A stretch of DNA of 64,000 bases from Elusimicrobiales bacterium (lineage in GTDB: Bacteria > Elusimicrobiota > Elusimicrobia > Elusimicrobiales > UBA9959): NCBI GenBank assembly GCA_050174915.1, contig JBFXJL010000002.1:325553-389552 (forward strand). The letters run 5' to 3'. Below, piece after piece: positions 26,000 to 34,843 of this stretch. Within the stretch, counting starts at the first letter, position 1. Each line of letters opens with the position of its first letter. The notes below the pieces were generated by a model, which was not told where the DNA came from, did no database searches, and saw only the letters and a program-made list of their open reading frames with translations. Made by a program: the position numbers and the translations under genes.

Positions 26000-26786
26000 C
26001 TAATACCTCCACTTTGTTCTTTTCCTGGAACTTGGCCAGGTAAGCGTCGAACTTCTTCTTCTCCAGTATCTTGCGCACCCGCTCCCGGGCCTCAGGCTGC
26101 TCCACCCGGGCCTGGCCGAGCTTCTTGAGGATGTGGAAACCCATCGGGGTCTTCACGATGCCCTGCGTCTCGCCCTGCTTCATCTTGAAGGCCATGTCCT
26201 CGAGCTCGGGCATGAACTCGCCGTACATTACCGGCGGCAGGCGCACGGTCTCCTTGTCCAGCGAGTACTCCTTGGCCGTCCGGTCGAAGTCAGCGCCGGC
26301 CTTGAGCTTGCGCACCACCTTCTCCGCTTCCTCGTAGCTGGGCATAAGGATGTGGGCCAGGGACACCTTGTACGGGTACTTCTGATAATACTCGGCCACT
26401 TCCTCGTCGCTGACCTTGAGCTCGTTGCCGCGCATGTCCTCTATCCACATGCGGGTCAGCATGAAATCCTTGTAATCTTCCATGGTCTGCTTGATCTCGG
26501 CTTCCTTCTCGCGGATGCGGGCTTTGTAGTCGTCGCCGGAGGCCACGCGGCTCTTGCGGGCCGCCAGCAGCATCAGGCGCTCGTGAATGAGCACGTCCAG
26601 GAACTGCTTGCGGCCGGGCTTGGAGGCCAGGTATTCCTGGGCCGCGGGACTGATCTCGGCGAATTTCGCCTGCAGGTAAGACTCCGTGATCTTTTCCGAG
26701 CCTATTTTGGCTATGACCTTGTTGTCCTGTTTGGAGCAGGCGGACAGGAAAATGGCCGCCGCGAGCAGTGGTAAAAGTTTGTTCAT
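25983..26786 (-). CDS. Lipoprotein peptidyl-prolyl isomerase (PrsA/PpiC-type)
   Basis: The lipobox is 'FLSAC'. The parvulin domain reads 'VSLAHILMPS...GETQGIVKTPMGFHILK'. Confidence 0.7.
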   Translation of the reverse strand: MNKLLPLLAAAIFLSACSKQDNKVIAKIGSEKITESYLQAKFAEISPAAQEYLASKPGRKQFLDVLIHERLMLLAARKSRVASGDDYKARIREKEAEIKQTMEDYKDFMLTRMWIEDMRGNELKVSDEEVAEYYQKYPYKVSLAHILMPSYEEAEKVVRKLKAGADFDRTAKEYSLDKETVRLPPVMYGEFMPELEDMAFKMKQGETQGIVKTPMGFHILKKLGQARVEQPEARERVRKILEKKKFDAYLAKFQEKNKVEVLDADYK

Positions 26787-26862
26787 AATAGGAATGTATC
26801 ATTTTTCACGGGGAGCGGCAAAGCCGGGCCGCCCGCTCTAAAGATTTAATATAATCAATGAT

Positions 26863-29010
26863 ATGAACATCGTCCGCAGGTTCCTGGATTACCTGGACGG
26901 GCTCTCGGCGCGCGAGTTGGTGCTGAAGGCCGTCTACACGGCAGGCGTCCTTTTCGCCGTCTGCATTCTGGCCGCCTCGCTGCTGATGCGCAAGATCCTC
27001 GCGGACATCCCCTCGGTGGACAAGCTGGACGAATATACCCCGTCGCTGACCACCTACGTCTACGACATCAACAACAACGTCATAGCCGAATTCTCCGTGG
27101 AGAAGCGGGCCATGCTGCCGCTCTCCAAGATCCCTGTGGACATGCAGAACGCCGTGATCGCCATGGAGGACCGGAACTTTTTCCGCCATTGGGGCATCTC
27201 GCCGCGCGGCATCATGCGCGCCCAACTGCGCAACATCATCGCCCACCGGCGCGCCGCCGGCGGCTCCACTATCACGCAGCAGCTGTCGCGCGGCATCTTT
27301 CTGAAGCCGGAAAAGTCCTATGTCCGCAAGATCAAGGAAATAGTGCTGGGGCTGCAGATCGAGCGCAACTTCTCCAAGCCGGAGATCCTCGCCCTCTACC
27401 TTAACCAGATCTTTTTCGGGCACGGCGTCTACGGCGTGCAGTCGGCCTCCAAGCTGTATTTCGGCAAGGACGTTTCGGAAATGACGCTGGGCGAATGCGC
27501 GCTGCTGACGGGCCTGATCCCGTCTCCCGGCAACTACTCGCCCTTTGTCAACCCGGAGATAGCCCGCCAGCGCCGCCGGCTGGTGCTGCAGCGCATGGTG
27601 GCCGAAAAATATATCACGCCGCCCGAAGCCGAGGCCGCCGCGGCCGAGCCCATACCCACCGAGAAATCCACGCTGTTCGCCAGCCACGCGGCTTATTTTG
27701 TGGAGTACGTGCGCCAGCAGCTGGAGCCCAAGTACGGCATCGCCCAGTTGTGGAAGGGCGGCATGAAGATCTATACCACGCTGGACCTTTCCATGCAGAT
27801 CCCCGCCGAGGAGATCATGGAGAAGAACCTGGCCAAGTTCGACGAGGCCGCCGCCAAGCTGGCGGCCGAGGCGCCCAAGCCGGAGACCGATGGGGAGGAA
27901 CCGGAGGTGGTTAAGGCCACCGCGCCGCTGCAGGGCGCCTTCCTGATCCTCGACACCAGGACCGGGGCTATCAAGGCCATGATAGGCGGCCGCAACTTCC
28001 GCGACAGCAAGTTCAACCGAGCCACGCAGTCGGCCCGCCAGGCCGGCTCCACGTTCAAGCCTTTCGTCTGGATGGCCGCGCTGATGAGCGGCTACACCCC
28101 GGCCAGCCTCGTCGACGACTCGCCGATGGCCTACTATTACGACGGCAAGGACTGGCGCCTGCTGGAAGGCGCCACCGACCAGTATTCCATCGACATGGCC
28201 ATCCAGCCCTTCCTGGGCGACAAGGATTTCAAGATCTGGGTGCCCAACAATTACGACGGGAAGTTCCGGGGCAAGATCACCGCCCGCCACGGCCTGGAGG
28301 CCTCGCGCAACCTGGCCTCCATCTTCCTCGTGACGCGCATCGGCCCCACGCTGGTGGCCGACGTGGGCCACCGGGCCGGCATCAAGCGCCACCTGGAAGC
28401 CGTGCCGTCCATCGGTCTCGGCACCTCGCTGGTCAGCACCATAGAGATGGCCAGCGCCTTCTCCACTTTCGCCAACGGCGGCATACACGCCGCTCCCTTC
28501 GGCGTGCTGCGCGTCACCGACAACGGCGGCCGCGTGCTGGAGGAAGCCGTGCCCGAGGAGACCGAGGCCTTCTCGCCGCAGCTCTCCTACGTGCTGGTCA
28601 ACATGATGAAGGGCGTGGTGCAGCGCGGCACCGGCGCCTACGCCAGCCGCCTCAAGCGCCCCATCGCCGGCAAGACCGGTACCAGCCAGGACTCCAAGGA
28701 CATGTGGTTCATCGGCATGACGCCGGACATGACCGCCGCGGCCTGGATGGGCTACGATGACATGAGTTCGCTGACCATGCAGGACTGGACCGGCGGCGGC
28801 ACCGTGGTGCCGTGGTGGACCGAGATCATGGAAACCGTGCTCAAGGACCAGCCGGTGCGCGACTTCCAGGTGCCCGAGGGCGTGGTTTTTGTGACGGTGG
28901 ACCGCGAGACCGGCAAACTGGCCCTGCCCACCTGCCCCGCCAAGAACAAACTGCTCGAGGCCTTCATCAAGGGCACCGAGCCCAAAGAATTCTGCGACGC
29001 CGTCCACTGA
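26863..29010 (+). CDS. mrcA: Class A penicillin-binding protein (PBP1A; glycosyltransferase plus transpeptidase)
   Basis: The GT51 motifs 'EDRNFFRHWGISPRGI' and 'GGSTITQQL' are present. The transpeptidase motifs are 'STFKP', 'SRN' and 'KTGTS'. Confidence 0.9.
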   Translation: MNIVRRFLDYLDGLSARELVLKAVYTAGVLFAVCILAASLLMRKILADIPSVDKLDEYTPSLTTYVYDINNNVIAEFSVEKRAMLPLSKIPVDMQNAVIAMEDRNFFRHWGISPRGIMRAQLRNIIAHRRAAGGSTITQQLSRGIFLKPEKSYVRKIKEIVLGLQIERNFSKPEILALYLNQIFFGHGVYGVQSASKLYFGKDVSEMTLGECALLTGLIPSPGNYSPFVNPEIARQRRRLVLQRMVAEKYITPPEAEAAAAEPIPTEKSTLFASHAAYFVEYVRQQLEPKYGIAQLWKGGMKIYTTLDLSMQIPAEEIMEKNLAKFDEAAAKLAAEAPKPETDGEEPEVVKATAPLQGAFLILDTRTGAIKAMIGGRNFRDSKFNRATQSARQAGSTFKPFVWMAALMSGYTPASLVDDSPMAYYYDGKDWRLLEGATDQYSIDMAIQPFLGDKDFKIWVPNNYDGKFRGKITARHGLEASRNLASIFLVTRIGPTLVADVGHRAGIKRHLEAVPSIGLGTSLVSTIEMASAFSTFANGGIHAAPFGVLRVTDNGGRVLEEAVPEETEAFSPQLSYVLVNMMKGVVQRGTGAYASRLKRPIAGKTGTSQDSKDMWFIGMTPDMTAAAWMGYDDMSSLTMQDWTGGGTVVPWWTEIMETVLKDQPVRDFQVPEGVVFVTVDRETGKLALPTCPAKNKLLEAFIKGTEPKEFCDAVH

Positions 29011-29034
29011 GTATTCAGGATCCCATAAATAACT

Positions 29035-29066
29035 AAAACCGCCGGCCTTCGCCGGCGGTTTTAATT
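29035..29066 (+). terminator. Rho-independent terminator after PBP1A
   Basis: The stem aaaaccgccggc / gccggcggtttt with loop cttc is followed by T/A-rich sequence. Confidence 0.75.
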
Positions 29067-29126
29067 TACGGAGGAGCGGCCGCTAAGGCCTCCGTTCGAC
29101 ATATGTGAACCGGGTAAGTAAGACGG

Positions 29127-29218
29127 CAGGCTGGGGAGGGTATGCCTTCGGAGGGGCCTCGCGTAGGTGAGGCTTGCGTAAGCGCCGAACCGAAGCGAAA
29201 GAGCGAGGCCACGGTGTG
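29127..29218 (+). repeat. GC-rich palindromic intergenic repeat, copy D (reference orientation)
   Basis: This 92-nt stretch is the reverse complement of 10379-10470 with 3 mismatches by hand alignment. Confidence 0.8.
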
Positions 29219-29391
29219 AGGCCCGGCTTTAGAGCGAGGCATAATTATGCCTCGCGTCCGGGCCGCAAGGGCGGAGGCAATTTTTACAGCGAAAAATTGC
29301 CGAGCCGGGGTCGCGGAAAACCGCTATGCGGTTTATCCGTGACGCCGAAACCGGTTTTGCATTCCGGTTGGCCGGGCAGGTTTGTGTGGAA

Positions 29392-30465
29392 CTATTTGTA
29401 GACGCGGGGGAGGTTGGCGTTCGCGGCAGTCCTGCGGACATGAAGCGCTACGGGCGTGCCGGGCCTGGCTTCGGGGATGGCCGTGACGTCGAGCAGGGTA
29501 TGCGCTATGCCGGTCTTGCCGGTGAAGAAAGCCTTCTTGCCGTTGATGACGCCCCAGTAGCGGAAGCCCGCCGTCAGGCGGATCTTGTTCTCGGTGGGCT
29601 CCATCGTCAGGCCGTCCGAATAGCCGGCCGGGATGGTGGCCAGGCGCATGGCGCGGGGCGCGGTGAACTCGCCGGCGTAGCCGAGCGACTCGCCCTTCTT
29701 AACGTCCCGCACCGAGATGATGCGCGCGTAGAACTGCCAGGGGCGGCCCAGGCCGGGCAGCGGCGGGCCCTGCCGGCGCTTCTTGTACACGTCGGTGGGG
29801 TAGATGCCGTAGAGCAGGTTGCCGATCCGCACCCGGTCCAGCTGCCAGTGGGGGAAATCGGCGAAGATGGCGCTGTTGGCGGCGTGGGCTTTCAGCCCGG
29901 GCGCCAGGGCGCGCAGCTTGCCGGCCAGGGCGCTGAAAGAGGAGAGCTTCTCCTCGGCTTCTATCATGTTCTGCGGCGGCCGGTAGGCCAGGTGGGCCGA
30001 AACGGCGGCGGGCCGCGCCTTCTTGACGGCCAGCGCTCCAGCCAGGAATTTTTCCGCGTCCGCGGGCTTCACGCCCCAGCGGCCCAGGCCCAGATCAATG
30101 TCGAGCGTATAGGGCGCCGGCTTTTTGGCGGCGCGGTCCAGCGCCTTTATGAAAGCGAGAGAGTCGGCCGTGGGCACCAGGCCGTTTTTTACTATGGCCG
30201 GGGCCTCTTCGGGCAGGGAGGGGGCCAGCAGGTGTATGGGCGTGCGGGGGAAACTCGCGCGCAGGAGGCAGCCCTCATCGGCGGTCAGTACGCCCAGGCA
30301 GTCGGCCCCGCCGGCCAGCGCCGCGCGGGAGACCTCGGCCGCGCCGTGGCCGTAGCCGTCGGCCTTCACCACGGCCATGAAAGAGACCCCCGGGCGCAGG
30401 GCGCGCTTGATGGCCCGGGCATTGCCGGCCAGCGTTTTCAGATCTATTTCAACCCATTTCAGCAT
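29392..30465 (-). CDS. alr: Alanine racemase
   Basis: 'AVVKADGYGHG' is the PLP-lysine motif. The start was re-set from the TTG at 30483 to the ATG at 30465 ('MLKWVEIDLKTL'). Confidence 0.85.
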   Translation of the reverse strand: MLKWVEIDLKTLAGNARAIKRALRPGVSFMAVVKADGYGHGAAEVSRAALAGGADCLGVLTADEGCLLRASFPRTPIHLLAPSLPEEAPAIVKNGLVPTADSLAFIKALDRAAKKPAPYTLDIDLGLGRWGVKPADAEKFLAGALAVKKARPAAVSAHLAYRPPQNMIEAEEKLSSFSALAGKLRALAPGLKAHAANSAIFADFPHWQLDRVRIGNLLYGIYPTDVYKKRRQGPPLPGLGRPWQFYARIISVRDVKKGESLGYAGEFTAPRAMRLATIPAGYSDGLTMEPTENKIRLTAGFRYWGVINGKKAFFTGKTGIAHTLLDVTAIPEARPGTPVALHVRRTAANANLPRVYK

Positions 30466-30495
30466 AGAGGTACCCAGCGACAAAATTATATCATT

Positions 30496-33400
30496 ATGGC
30501 GATGCTAGCTAAGGCCGTCAAAGGCGTCCCCAACATAAGCGCCAAAGCCTGGTTCGCGCTCAAGGAGTACGAGCGGGAGCCCGGCCATTTGCTGGTGGCG
30601 GCCGCCGGCGACGACGCCCTGTCCTCCTGGCAGCACGCCTTCAATTCCCTGGCCGGCCTGCTGCCCGGCCTGCCGCCTTTCCAGGTCTGCCTGTGGGGCG
30701 GCGACCTGTCCGAGCGCTCCAAGTCCATGCGGGCGCTGTACTCTCCAGAGGCGGGAGTTAACTATGTCCACATAGCCTCGCCGGAGGCCCTCGCCGAGGC
30801 GCTGATGCCGGAGTCGGCCTACGCCGACCTGAGCTTCGTCTTCAAGCAGGGCTACTCCTACGAGCGCGCCGTGGCGCTGGACCTGTTCATCAAGGCCGGC
30901 TACGAGCGCGTCTCTTTCGTCGAGGAGAAAGGCCAGTTCGCGGCGCGCGGCTCGGTACTGGACTTCTACGCGCCCGGTTTCGACCGGCCCATCCGTTTGT
31001 TCTTCTCGGACAAGAAGCTGGAAAGCATCAGGCATTTCGAGATAGACACCCAGCATACCTCCGGCTTTCTGGAGAAGGTGGAGGTGTCCCCCAATATCTT
31101 CGGCGGGCCCGGCAAGCCGCTCTACGCCCTGGCCGGGGCCGACTGGAAAGGATTTCTGGACGCGCCGGCGGACGGTGATTTCGCGGGGCGGGCCCTCTAC
31201 TCCTTCGGCTTCGCGGCCGGCGAGGACGCGCTGGACTTCGGCGCCGCCTCCAACCTGAACTTCAATTCCGACATCAAGCTGCTGGCCGGCGAGCTGGCCC
31301 GCCTCAAGCGCGACGGCGTTTCGGCGCGGCTCTTCTGCATCAACCGCGGCGAGACCGAGCGCCTGGCCGAGTCGCTGGCCGACGCCGGGGCCGGCGGGCA
31401 GGTCTCCATCCTCACCGGCTACATCGAGGAAGGCTTTGTCCACGCCCCGTCGCGGACGGCGGTGATCACCTCCTCCGAGCTGTTCCGCCGGCGCTACCGC
31501 TTCGACCCGGCCTCGATCAAGCCCAAGAACAAGTTCTTCAAGTGGACCGACCTGAAAGTGGGAGATTTCATAGTGCACGAGGACTACGGCGTGGGCCGCT
31601 ACCTCGGCATCCGCAAGGCCTATTTCCGCAACGCCTACGGCGAGCAGGTGGAGGACTCCGACTGCCTGTCGCTAGAATACGCGCGCGGCGACCGGCTGCT
31701 GGTGCCGCTGCACGATTTCAGCCGCGTGCAGAAATACATCAGCTCCGAGGGCAAGGCCCCGCGCCTCTCCCACATGGACACCAAGACCTGGACCGAGATG
31801 AAGACCCGGGTCAAGGCCGAGGTGGAGGCGCTGGCGCTGGACATTTTAAAGCTCGAGGCAGAACGCGCCGCGCTCAAAACCGCCGCGCTGCCGCACGGCG
31901 GCCACCTGGAGGACGAGTTCGCCGCCTCCTTCCCTTTCGACGAGACGCCCGACCAGGCCCGCGCCATCGCCGAGGTGACGGCCGACCTGGAGAAGGAGCT
32001 GCCCATGAACCGGCTGGTGGCCGGCGACGTGGGCTTCGGCAAGACCGAGGTGGCCATGCGCGCCGCCATGCGCGCGGTGGCCAACGGCCGCCAGGCCGCG
32101 GTGCTGGTGCCTACCACCATCCTCGCCGACCAGCACTTTCATAATTTCTCCAAGCGCTTCGCCGGCTTCCCGATCAATATCCGCGTGATCTCGCGCTTCG
32201 TGTCCAAGGCCGACCAGAAGAAGATCCTGGCCGACCTGGCGCTCGGCAAGATAGACATCATAGTGGGCACGCACCGCCTGCTGCAGAAAGACGTAAAGTT
32301 CGCCGCGCTGGGCGTGATGATAGCCGACGAGGAACACCGCTTCGGCGTCAAGGACAAGGACAAGATCAAGGCCGCCGCAAAGGGCGTGCACTGCCTGCTG
32401 ATGAGCGCCACGCCCATACCGCGCACGCTCTACCAGTCGCTGTCGTCGCTGAAATCCATGTCCGTCATCGAGAGCGCCCCCGTCGGGCGGCAGGCCATCT
32501 CCACCTTCGTGCGGCCCTTCACCGAGAAGGGAGCGGCCGAGGCCGTCACCTACGAGCTGGCCCGCGGCGGGCAGGTGTACTACGTGCATAACCGCGTGCA
32601 GACCATAGACAGCCGGGCCGCCTACTTAAAGCGCCTGATGCCCGAGCTGCGCGTGGCGGTGATACACGGCCAGATGAAGGCCGAGGCCGTGGAGCAGGCC
32701 ATGTGGGATTTCCTCAACCGCAAGTACGACGTGCTGATGGCCACCACCATTATCGAGTCCGGCCTGGACATACCGACGGTGAACACGATGATAGTGGAGA
32801 ACGCCCACGAGATGGGCCTGGCGCAGCTCTACCAGCTGCGCGGGCGCATAGGCCGCGAGAAGCAGAAGGCCTACTGCTACCTGTATTTTCCGAGCTGGAT
32901 GCGGCGCGGCGGGGAAAAGCTCATGAAGAAAGCGGAGCTGATCTCGCCGGACGACCATCCCGAGAAAGAGATCAGCGAGGACGCGGTGCGGCGCCTCTCG
33001 GCTCTGGAGGAGTTCACCGAGCTGGGCAGCGGCTTCCGCCTGGCCATGCGCGACCTGGAGATACGCGGCGCCGGCGAACTGCTGGGCCTGCGGCAGCACG
33101 GCTTCATCAATTCCATCGGCCTCGAGATGTACATCAAGCTCCTCAACGGCGAGATAGACCGCATCAAGGGCCGCGCCGGCGCGGCCGAGCTGCCCGAACC
33201 CAAAATGGACCTGCTGGTGCCGGCCTTCATTCCCGAGGATTATGTGGGCGACGACATGGAGCGGCTGAACTTCTACAAGAAACTGCTCAACGCCAGGGAG
33301 GCCGACCTGCCGGCGCTGCTGCGGGGCTTCGAGGATATTTCCGGCCCGGCCCCCGCGCAGCTGAAGAATTTGGTGGAGATCATCAGGCTCAAGAAAATGC

Positions 33401-33621
33401 TGGCGCGCAAGTCGGTGCGGGCGGTCACGCAGAAAGAGGACGAGCTGGAGATCTTCTTCCTGCCCGGCGCCGTGGTGGACCAGGGCGTGATAGGCCGCTG
33501 GCGCAAGGCTTTCGGCCAGCGCCTCTCCTTCCTGCCCTCCAAGGGCGGCGACGGCATACGCATAGCCGCGGTGGCCGACCCGCTGGAGGATATCTCCCTG
33601 GCGGCCGCCGGCTTTGTATAA
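30496..33621 (+). CDS. mfd: Transcription-repair coupling factor Mfd
   Basis: The track ORF 29326..33621 is antisense to alr in its first 1.1 kb. The real start is the ATG at 30496 ('MAMLAKAV...'). Helicase motifs 'GDVGFGKTEVA', 'DEEHRFGV' and 'QLYQLRGRIGR' are present, together with a C-terminal TRCF domain. Confidence 0.9.
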   Translation: MAMLAKAVKGVPNISAKAWFALKEYEREPGHLLVAAAGDDALSSWQHAFNSLAGLLPGLPPFQVCLWGGDLSERSKSMRALYSPEAGVNYVHIASPEALAEALMPESAYADLSFVFKQGYSYERAVALDLFIKAGYERVSFVEEKGQFAARGSVLDFYAPGFDRPIRLFFSDKKLESIRHFEIDTQHTSGFLEKVEVSPNIFGGPGKPLYALAGADWKGFLDAPADGDFAGRALYSFGFAAGEDALDFGAASNLNFNSDIKLLAGELARLKRDGVSARLFCINRGETERLAESLADAGAGGQVSILTGYIEEGFVHAPSRTAVITSSELFRRRYRFDPASIKPKNKFFKWTDLKVGDFIVHEDYGVGRYLGIRKAYFRNAYGEQVEDSDCLSLEYARGDRLLVPLHDFSRVQKYISSEGKAPRLSHMDTKTWTEMKTRVKAEVEALALDILKLEAERAALKTAALPHGGHLEDEFAASFPFDETPDQARAIAEVTADLEKELPMNRLVAGDVGFGKTEVAMRAAMRAVANGRQAAVLVPTTILADQHFHNFSKRFAGFPINIRVISRFVSKADQKKILADLALGKIDIIVGTHRLLQKDVKFAALGVMIADEEHRFGVKDKDKIKAAAKGVHCLLMSATPIPRTLYQSLSSLKSMSVIESAPVGRQAISTFVRPFTEKGAAEAVTYELARGGQVYYVHNRVQTIDSRAAYLKRLMPELRVAVIHGQMKAEAVEQAMWDFLNRKYDVLMATTIIESGLDIPTVNTMIVENAHEMGLAQLYQLRGRIGREKQKAYCYLYFPSWMRRGGEKLMKKAELISPDDHPEKEISEDAVRRLSALEEFTELGSGFRLAMRDLEIRGAGELLGLRQHGFINSIGLEMYIKLLNGEIDRIKGRAGAAELPEPKMDLLVPAFIPEDYVGDDMERLNFYKKLLNAREADLPALLRGFEDISGPAPAQLKNLVEIIRLKKMLARKSVRAVTQKEDELEIFFLPGAVVDQGVIGRWRKAFGQRLSFLPSKGGDGIRIAAVADPLEDISLAAAGFV

Positions 33622-33628
33622 TGAATTC

Positions 33629-34540
33629 ATGACGGAGGAGACTGAGGACGCAGTTAAGGCCCGCAACGACGCCTGCGATTTCGCGGTGGACGTGGGGCTG
33701 TACTCCAATATTCTTCTCGCGCTGCTCAAGACCACCGTCGGCATAGTCGGCCACAGCGCCGCGCTGCTCGCCGACGGCATCAACTCCACTTCCGATTTCG
33801 TCTACTACGTGGCGGTGAAGATCTTCGTGCGGCTGTCGCGCATGCCGCCCGACGACGAGCATCCTTACGGCCATAGCCAGTTCGAGACCATCGCCGCCCT
33901 GGTGGTGGGCGCTTTTATCATCACCACCGGCGTGGCTATCTTCTGGGAGTCGGCCGACAGGGGCTGGCACCTCTACGCCGGCACGGCCGAAGCCGCCGCT
34001 ATCTCCATCTACGCCCTCTGGACGGCGCTGTTCACCATAGCCCTGAAGATAGGCCTGGCCGTGAAGACCAGGCGCATCGGTGACACGACGCGCAACCCGG
34101 TGGTGATGGCTCTGGCCAAGGACCATGTCAACGACGTCATGGCTTCCGCCGCGGCCGCCACAGGCATCATTCTTGCCCTGTTTGGGTACGCCTGGGTGGA
34201 CCCGCTGGCCGGCGCCGTGGTGGCGCTGTTCATTCTCAAGACCGGCGTGGGCATACTCAGGGAATCGGCGATGGAGCTGATGGACACAGTACCCGGCAAA
34301 GAACTGGACGCCGAGATCCGCGCGGCGCTGGCCGGCGTACCGGGCATAAAGGCCGTGGAGGAGGTGCGCGCGCACCGCTTCGGGCCGCACTTCATAGTCA
34401 ATTTGAAATTTTGCGTGGACGGCAGCCTGCCGGTGAGCGATGGCGACCGCATAGCCACCCTGGCCGAAAAGACCCTCTACGAGAAGTTCCACCACATCCG
34501 CAAAGTCTACACCCACTATCACCCCGAAAAGCGCGCCTGA
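33629..34540 (+). CDS. Cation diffusion facilitator (CDF) family metal efflux transporter
   Basis: 'LLADGINSTSDFV' and 'HPYGHSQFETIAALVVGAFII' are present, with six TM helices and a C-terminal cytoplasmic domain. I prefer the ATG at 33629 over the track TTG at 33614. Confidence 0.8.
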   Translation: MTEETEDAVKARNDACDFAVDVGLYSNILLALLKTTVGIVGHSAALLADGINSTSDFVYYVAVKIFVRLSRMPPDDEHPYGHSQFETIAALVVGAFIITTGVAIFWESADRGWHLYAGTAEAAAISIYALWTALFTIALKIGLAVKTRRIGDTTRNPVVMALAKDHVNDVMASAAAATGIILALFGYAWVDPLAGAVVALFILKTGVGILRESAMELMDTVPGKELDAEIRAALAGVPGIKAVEEVRAHRFGPHFIVNLKFCVDGSLPVSDGDRIATLAEKTLYEKFHHIRKVYTHYHPEKRA

Positions 34541-34843
34541 CCGCTGCCGGAGGGGCCATAGGACCCTGTCCCTCCCAATGAAAAACTGCTAAAATATAAG
34601 TGTAGCATTGCTCTTTGAGAACCCTTTTGTCACAGTACTAAACTTCGCGAGTGCGGGGCGCGGTACCGATTTGATAAGGAAATTTCATCTTCGGGAGGTT
34701 CAGCGCAGCGACCAAGCGCAGCGCAGGGAGCAAGCGACGATGAAAGGGAGGGCAGAGCCCTCCTTGTAGAGCACCCGGCCGTCGACAGGCCGGGCCGCTA
34801 ATCGGCCCCGCGCGCAGTGCGGCGCGCGCGGGGTGCGACAGAC

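Noticed and set aside
26806-29007. 733-aa minus-strand ORF opposite PBP1A
   Set aside because: It is a shadow ORF. The plus-strand frame has all GT51 and transpeptidase motifs.
29326-30495. 390-codon N-terminal extension of the mfd ORF in the track
   Set aside because: The extension is antisense to the well-supported alr gene and has an Arg/Gly/Ala-rich junk composition. Mfd homology begins at the Met at 30496.
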